Of a stretch of DNA of 64,000 nucleotides, positions 57,540-64,000 are shown piece by piece (position 1 is the stretch's first letter; the number at the start of each line of letters is the position of its first letter). Where the stretch lies: the NCBI GenBank assembly GCA_951406725.2, contig OX597815.1:83514001-83578000 (forward strand). The letters run 5' to 3'. This DNA comes from Octopus vulgaris. Its lineage: Eukaryota. The position numbers were made by a program, and so were the translations under genes. The notes beneath the pieces are model-generated. The model saw only the letters and a list, made by a program, of their open reading frames with translations. It searched no databases and was not told the DNA's origin.

Positions 57540-57777
57540 AGTATGGAAAACAATTAAATTTGGGAAAGATTCAATTAAAAGTATTTTAAAAAGAATATTT
57601 CCATAATATTCAAATACAAGGGGCATTTTCCTTCTTTCTGCCTCTCTCTGTCTCTCATGTTTACTCTTGTGGTTTCGAAGTCGTTGTGAATTCTTGGCAG
57701 AGAAGAAGAACGAGAAGAAGAAGAAGAAGAAGAAAAATAAGAAAAATATACATGTGTATATATATACATATATACAC

Positions 57778-57814
<37 letters not shown>

Positions 57815-58257
57815 GTGAAAATCAGACAAGGTTGGAATTCTTTTTATTAATATATTCTTCTATACACAATCACACACACCCATATATATATATATCTATA
57901 TATATATATATATATATACACACACATACAATGCAGTTAGCGTTCGTTAATAATTATATCATCGTAAATACTGTTATCGTATTAAAGTATACGTGTAGTG
58001 AATAACTGAGCACATCTTATTCACAGTATTGTCCCCTTTTTCATGCAAACCAAACGGAAGACGTGTATTCTTCATTTATATATATAATTAACTAATGTTT
58101 CACACAAAATGATATGTAAAAACATAATATTAATGTAATCTTCGTATTACTTATGTCAAAGCAGTGCACATACATACAAAAATATACCTCACTGATTAGC
58201 TTCCTCAAATCTTCCAGAAAAAGAAATTAATCAAATTTTGTACAAATAACCACCGAA

Positions 58258-58570
58258 GCGTATGATTCAGTAGTTAGCTCCTGGCTCACAATCATGAGAG
58301 GCTTAGTTCGATTCCCTGACCGCTCTGCAAGTTGGGTTCTTGAGAAAGACACTATATTTCACATTGCTCCAACCAATCAACTGCAGAAATGTGTTGCGAC
58401 GTCACTGGTGTCAAGTTGCATCGGCTTTTGGCATTCCCTTGCATAGGTGCTGTTGCGTGGAAAGAGGAGGCTGGTATGCATGGGCGACTACTGGTCTGGA
58501 CTTGTGCCTCGGAGTGGAACCTTCTATGTCCAATCCTATGGTCATTCATGACCGAGCGGGTTCTTTACCC
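58258..58570 (+). mobile_element. SINE, third family
   Basis: Reverse-complement homologue of 56789-57113. Confidence 0.85.
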
Positions 58571-58572
58571 AT

Positions 58573-58612
<40 letters not shown>

Positions 58613-58742
58613 TGCGTGTATTTGTGTGTGTATGTATATATATATATACATACATACAAACATACATATAGATAGGTAGATAGATAGATAGATACATACA
58701 TACATACATACATAGATTGATAGATAGATAGATAGATAGATG

Positions 58743-58826
<84 letters not shown>

Positions 58827-59600
58827 GATAGACACACAGACAGACAAATCCGCATTCTCGTAGAGAAAGTGAGTGGAGTAACTTAATAGAGATATGTTTA
58901 AATCGATTTTTGTCATAACAGATTATTTTGCATATGCCAGTTCGATGTAGTTTTGGAAGCATATGTTTGTGGGCGCTCATGTGTGAGTTTGTGTGTGATT
59001 GTGTGTGTGCCCACGCCTGTGTGTGTGTGCAAGTGTTTGTGATGTGGTGGAGTGTGAATTATTTGCGGAGAGAGAGGATAAGAGATAGAGAGAGAGAGGC
59101 ATATGTAGCTAGAGAGGTAGGTATTTAGGGAGGTATACAGATAGTTAGATGAAGAGAGGAGGCATATATATGAACGTCTGTATATATTCATATTTCATAT
59201 GCATGTAAATTGCAGCTCAGATATGTCAATACAGAGATGTCTAAATATAGGTGTAACTGTATATTATTGAGGAAACGAAAGATTATATTTCCATATTAGT
59301 TTCTTGACACAAATAACACCAAAACCAGAGTAATATATGTAGGTAAATATGTGACATTTCAAAAATACATTTATATGTGCATAATACGCACGCGCGCGCA
59401 CACTCACACCCATAAAAATGCACACAGACACACACACACATACACATACACACAAACATATCAACATATGTTGGAGTATATTGCGTGCGTGTCTCTACGT
59501 GTTCCTCTGCATATGTATATACATATACATATATATACATTTACACGCACACATACACACATGCACATGCATATACATACATATACACACACGCCAACAA

Positions 59601-59644
<44 letters not shown>

Positions 59645-61473
59645 AAACATATAACGTGCGTATATACATATACGCATATATCTTTAGTTAAATATATTCA
59701 ATGGGAATATTATATACTGAATTTATATTGAGGGCTCAATTGTATCAAAGTATTAATACTGTTAAAGTATTTATATATTTAATACGAGCGATAGATACAT
59801 ATATATTTTTTGATAATATATATGTATACGCATATATGTGTGATGGAGGTGTATCTATATTAGAATAACAAAGCCAAATGAGCTAGAAGCATGAATTCAG
59901 AGAATTCGGGTGAGATATGCAGAACAACTTGCAATAGAGTCCTGAAAGAGGTGAAATTTCCATCTCAGAGGGAATCAGAAAACATAGCTTTATGAAACCA
60001 CTTGGGAGTTTCACAGAAACTAAGAAATATTTTCAGTGATAATTTATCTCTTCTGCCTGGAAATGAAGTCTGATCTTTCATCGTCAGCAGAGTAATATCT
60101 GGAATTATGACTCCACCTTATGAAATCATCCGGGTGATGATGTTTTTCTTCCAAAAGTTGATTTAGCATTTGAAGTCATCTGGTGAAAAAAAAATTTCAT
60201 GACGCTCAGTTCGCATAATTTCAAAATGTAAACTCAGGGAAATGACTGAAGAACTGAAGTAGCACAACTTTAAATGGTTCAATAAGGTAGTGCTGTATAG
60301 AATATATGTACGCGAAAATTTCTTAGTGAATTGAAATGTCCTTTCTGTTGTATAATGATATAAACTTAGTAGCGTCCTAAAAGAAAACAAAAGATATAAT
60401 TTCAAGGAGCTTAATATTCATTTCAGGAAATTTCAATTATCATGCTTAGTCATAAATTGTATGCTTGTTAGATGCAGCGCTCATTTTATGTTGTGTACCT
60501 GTGTAGGTATAAGTCTTGGAACTAGCACAAAATGATAAGCAAAAGAGTATATAGAAAATTTTAAATGTTTTTTTTTAATTAAATAAATTTTTTCGAGGTT
60601 TACTCGCATAGATGTGTTCAGTTCTTTCAAAGAAAGATAATATATATATATAATATATATATATACAGATAGAGAGAGAGATGCATATATACATACGTAA
60701 GTACATTCATAAATGCATAGTACATGCATACATTCATACCTACTGATAGAAACAGAATTACTACATCATATACATCAAGCAAATTATAGAGAACATTATT
60801 TAAAAGGGATGATACAATTTATGTATAAGTTAGATAAACATTTTTATCTGCAAATGAGACTTTCGAGAGGCGTTTTCATGTCACAAATTTTTAATTGACT
60901 TACTCTATCGTGCAGACGTATTTGAAATCAGTTTTAACACCAACTACATAATTTAACCGAATTCAATACATTTTTACAACTGAATTTCTTTTTTGTAATT
61001 ACATATATATATGATACCGGACAAATGCTTCATTTTTCTGCTTGTAAATATATATGATTATTGATTAAATCGCTGTGAGAAAATGGACTTGGCGGATAAT
61101 ATGGAATATGAGTGAAACATATCTGTTATTAGCCTTCTAACAATATCGTGAATATCTATGCATGAAAAAAAAAATTATCTTCCATTATTTTTATCTTTGA
61201 TTTCAATATATTATTTAAATAGCCTTATACATTATCTCGTTTTACATTCAGAATCACTGATCCTTGCTGCCACGATTTATTCTCTTTCTACGAAGAACCT
61301 TTCAATTACTTGAATGTATGTGAATGTCATTCCCAAACTTTTCCCCTTGTCTAAAATGCTGAAATGTTTGTTTTTCTGAGTAGATTTTTCAAGTATATAT
61401 ATAAAATGAATAAATGATGTATGAATGTACATGGATATATATATATATATATATGATGTGACTATTTGTACAG

Positions 61474-61768
61474 ACCCATTTCGTCATGAATGACCATGGA
61501 ATTGATCTAAAAAGTTCTCCTCCGAGGCACAAGACCGGGAAAGGTTAGTTATGAAAGACCAGTAGCCGCCCTGCATACTAGTCCCTCATCTCTATGATTC
61601 TGATGTTATCCAAGGGGAAGGCAAGTGACTAATTTCTACAGCTGAGTGAAATGGATGGAGTAACATGAAAGGAAATATTTTCCTCAAGAACACAACACAG
61701 CCTAGTCCAGGAATCGAACTCACTACCTCATGATTGTGAGCCCGACGGTCGAACCACTGAGCCATGCG
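61474..61768 (-). mobile_element. SINE, third family, internally deleted
   Basis: Homologue of 56789-57113. Confidence 0.85.
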
Positions 61769-62593
61769 TCTACATATATATATATATGCCAGGACAAATA
61801 AATGAAAGAGGCACTCAACATATCTGATGAGAGTTACATATATTATTATCTGAAAACAGTTCGATTCGGCTTCATGCAAATCTATATTACGAAGACTCGT
61901 CACAGGAACCTAGATCGTCAGAGAGAAAGAGAGGGGGTGAAAGAGAGAGAGGGGAATGAGAAAGAAAGTGAGGGAGAGAAAGAGAGAGAGTGGAGAGAAA
62001 GAGAAAGTGTGGAGAGAAAGAGAGATAGTGGAGAGAAAGAGAGAGAGTGGAGAGAAAGAGAGAGAGAATTAGAGAGGGAGAATGAAAGAGAGAGTGTGTG
62101 AGAAATAGAATGAGACACACACACAAACATAGAAAAGAAGTTGAACACGAGTAATTTTAAAGCGAGGATTTACACAAAACACAAATTACAGATTACAGAG
62201 TTAAGTATAACCCTTTTCGGTTTCTTTATTCTGTAATCTGTGTTCTGTATTGCATGATAAATATAAGCTTTAAGCTAACTTCCGTATTTCTTCCTTTCTA
62301 TCTCCATCACAGCTCGATAAGTATCGTTCTTATTGCTATATTTCAAAGCTGATGGCAGTAACCCTCGTTGCAAAGGTTGGGCGTTAATATCTCTTACATT
62401 TAAGCGTTTGTCTATTATAGCTATACCCTGATTATACCACACACTGTATATACGCACGCACACATACACACATATATATATGTGTGTGTTTGTGTGTGTG
62501 TGTGAGTGTGTTTATATATATATAAACACTTATAAATATATATATACATAGATACAAAGATATATATACATATATTTGTATATTTATATACTT

Positions 62594-62634
<41 letters not shown>

Positions 62635-62655
62635 TACATATATATGTATATGGAT

Positions 62656-62733
<78 letters not shown>

Positions 62734-63043
62734 ACATTTATACATACACAAGTACATTCATAAATGCATGGTACATACACACATTTATGCCTACTGGTAG
62801 ATACTCGCAGAAACGTACACACAAGTCTGGTGAAATTATTTCTTTGTTGATCTCATGTTTACTGGTATTTGGAGTCTCTAATTCTAGAATATTTCTTCAG
62901 ATGACAAGATATTGTAAGAAAAAATATCTCTATTGAATGGATGTTCTTCGGCTGTTACGACCTGCAGTACTACTTCTGGGTTAGCAGAACATTAATTGCG
63001 AAATATATACCTACAAGTTCTAATTCGCAGGTGAAGGGTAAAG

Positions 63044-63358
63044 CTCCCCTTTTGGTCGAGACTACGAGATTGCACCTAAAAAGTTACCCTCCGAGGCACA
63101 AGTTCGGACAAAGTTGTTTATGGAAGCCTAGCGGTCGCCCATGCATACCAGCTTCCCTTTCGACGCCACCGATATTATTCAAAGGCAAAAGCCGGTACAG
63201 CTTGGCACGAGTGACATTGCAACTCAATTCTACAGCTGAGTGAACTGGACCAACGTGAAATAAAGTGGCTTGCACAAGGACACAACACAGACCAGTCTGG
63301 GAATCGAACTCGCTACTTCATGATTGCTAGGCCGACGCTCTAAGAACTGAGCCATGAG
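63044..63358 (-). mobile_element. SINE, third family
   Basis: Homologue of 56789-57113. Confidence 0.88.
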
Positions 63359-63845
63359 CATCCGCATGTACGAAGTAAATAAGTAGTTCAAAGGAACCAG
63401 CTGAAATGTTAATTTAAAATTATTAGAGAGAAATAATTAAAGGATGATTCAATCAAGAAAAGTTCAATTTAGGGTAATTTAAATTAAAATTAAAGATGAT
63501 GCGTGCTGAAGAAAAGTAATTGAGTTGCAGATACTATAAAATTTATCTACTGAAATAGCTGTGATAGTGAATAAGTAACTTCAAAAGTTCCAATGTAAAA
63601 TACACGTCCTTAGTAGAATTCGATCAGTATATGAAAACAAAAGAAAAAACAATCATCAATACAAATGCCATGTATATTCAATTTAACTCCTGATAATGAG
63701 ACTGTGAAAGTATAGAAACATCGGATAAATTTTTCCAAAACATCGATAAAAAGCTGAGAATATTTGAACAAATATGAAATAGAAATGATAGACCTTTTAC
63801 TCGTGTATTTAATGGAGTATATACATTATACATACACATATTCAC

Positions 63846-63878
<33 letters not shown>

Positions 63879-63940
63879 ATTATATATATAAATATCGAAC
63901 AATACCGCTTTGGGCGAGAAGGAGTTTCAATTGTGTATTA

Positions 63941-63990
63941 AGGCTACTATTGGTTTCATATTGATGAGTACCTCATCAAATATCACGCCT
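63941..63990 (-). ncRNA. Degenerate hammerhead with a damaged CUGAUGA box
   Basis: Reverse complement reads aggc-GTGA-tatttgatgag gta ctcatcaatat-GAAA-ccaatag-TA-gcct. Stems I and II are intact, and it lies about 50 nt from (TA)n. Confidence 0.5.
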
Positions 63991-64000
63991 ATCACATGGA

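Noticed and set aside
61818-61868. CTGATGA...GAAA-acagt-TC motif
   Set aside because: Stems I and II do not pair convincingly.

Overview
This is AT-rich eukaryotic intergenic or intronic DNA, very dense in microsatellites. The tRNA-derived SINE families and repeat landscape resemble an octopus (cephalopod) genome, which is my inference. I found no supportable host protein-coding gene, and most ORF-track entries are microsatellite artefacts. The window is a transposon graveyard: a full-length frameshifted mariner, a HERO-like RLE LINE, three R4/Dong-like fragments, RTE, Tx1 and CR1/L2-group fragments, a decayed Penelope-like element (PLE), a PLE GIY-YIG fragment, non-autonomous Helitrons, a hAT MITE and about ten SINEs. 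The most striking signal is a set of short non-coding elements, mostly unrelated in sequence, sitting in or against (TA)n tracts. Many carry type I hammerhead ribozyme (HHR) motifs with a short, often palindromic stem III. Several are built as tandem units (355 bp, 563 bp) plus an inverted partial copy whose end falls inside the hammerhead. They look like a diverse family of retrozyme or PLE pseudo-LTR elements.
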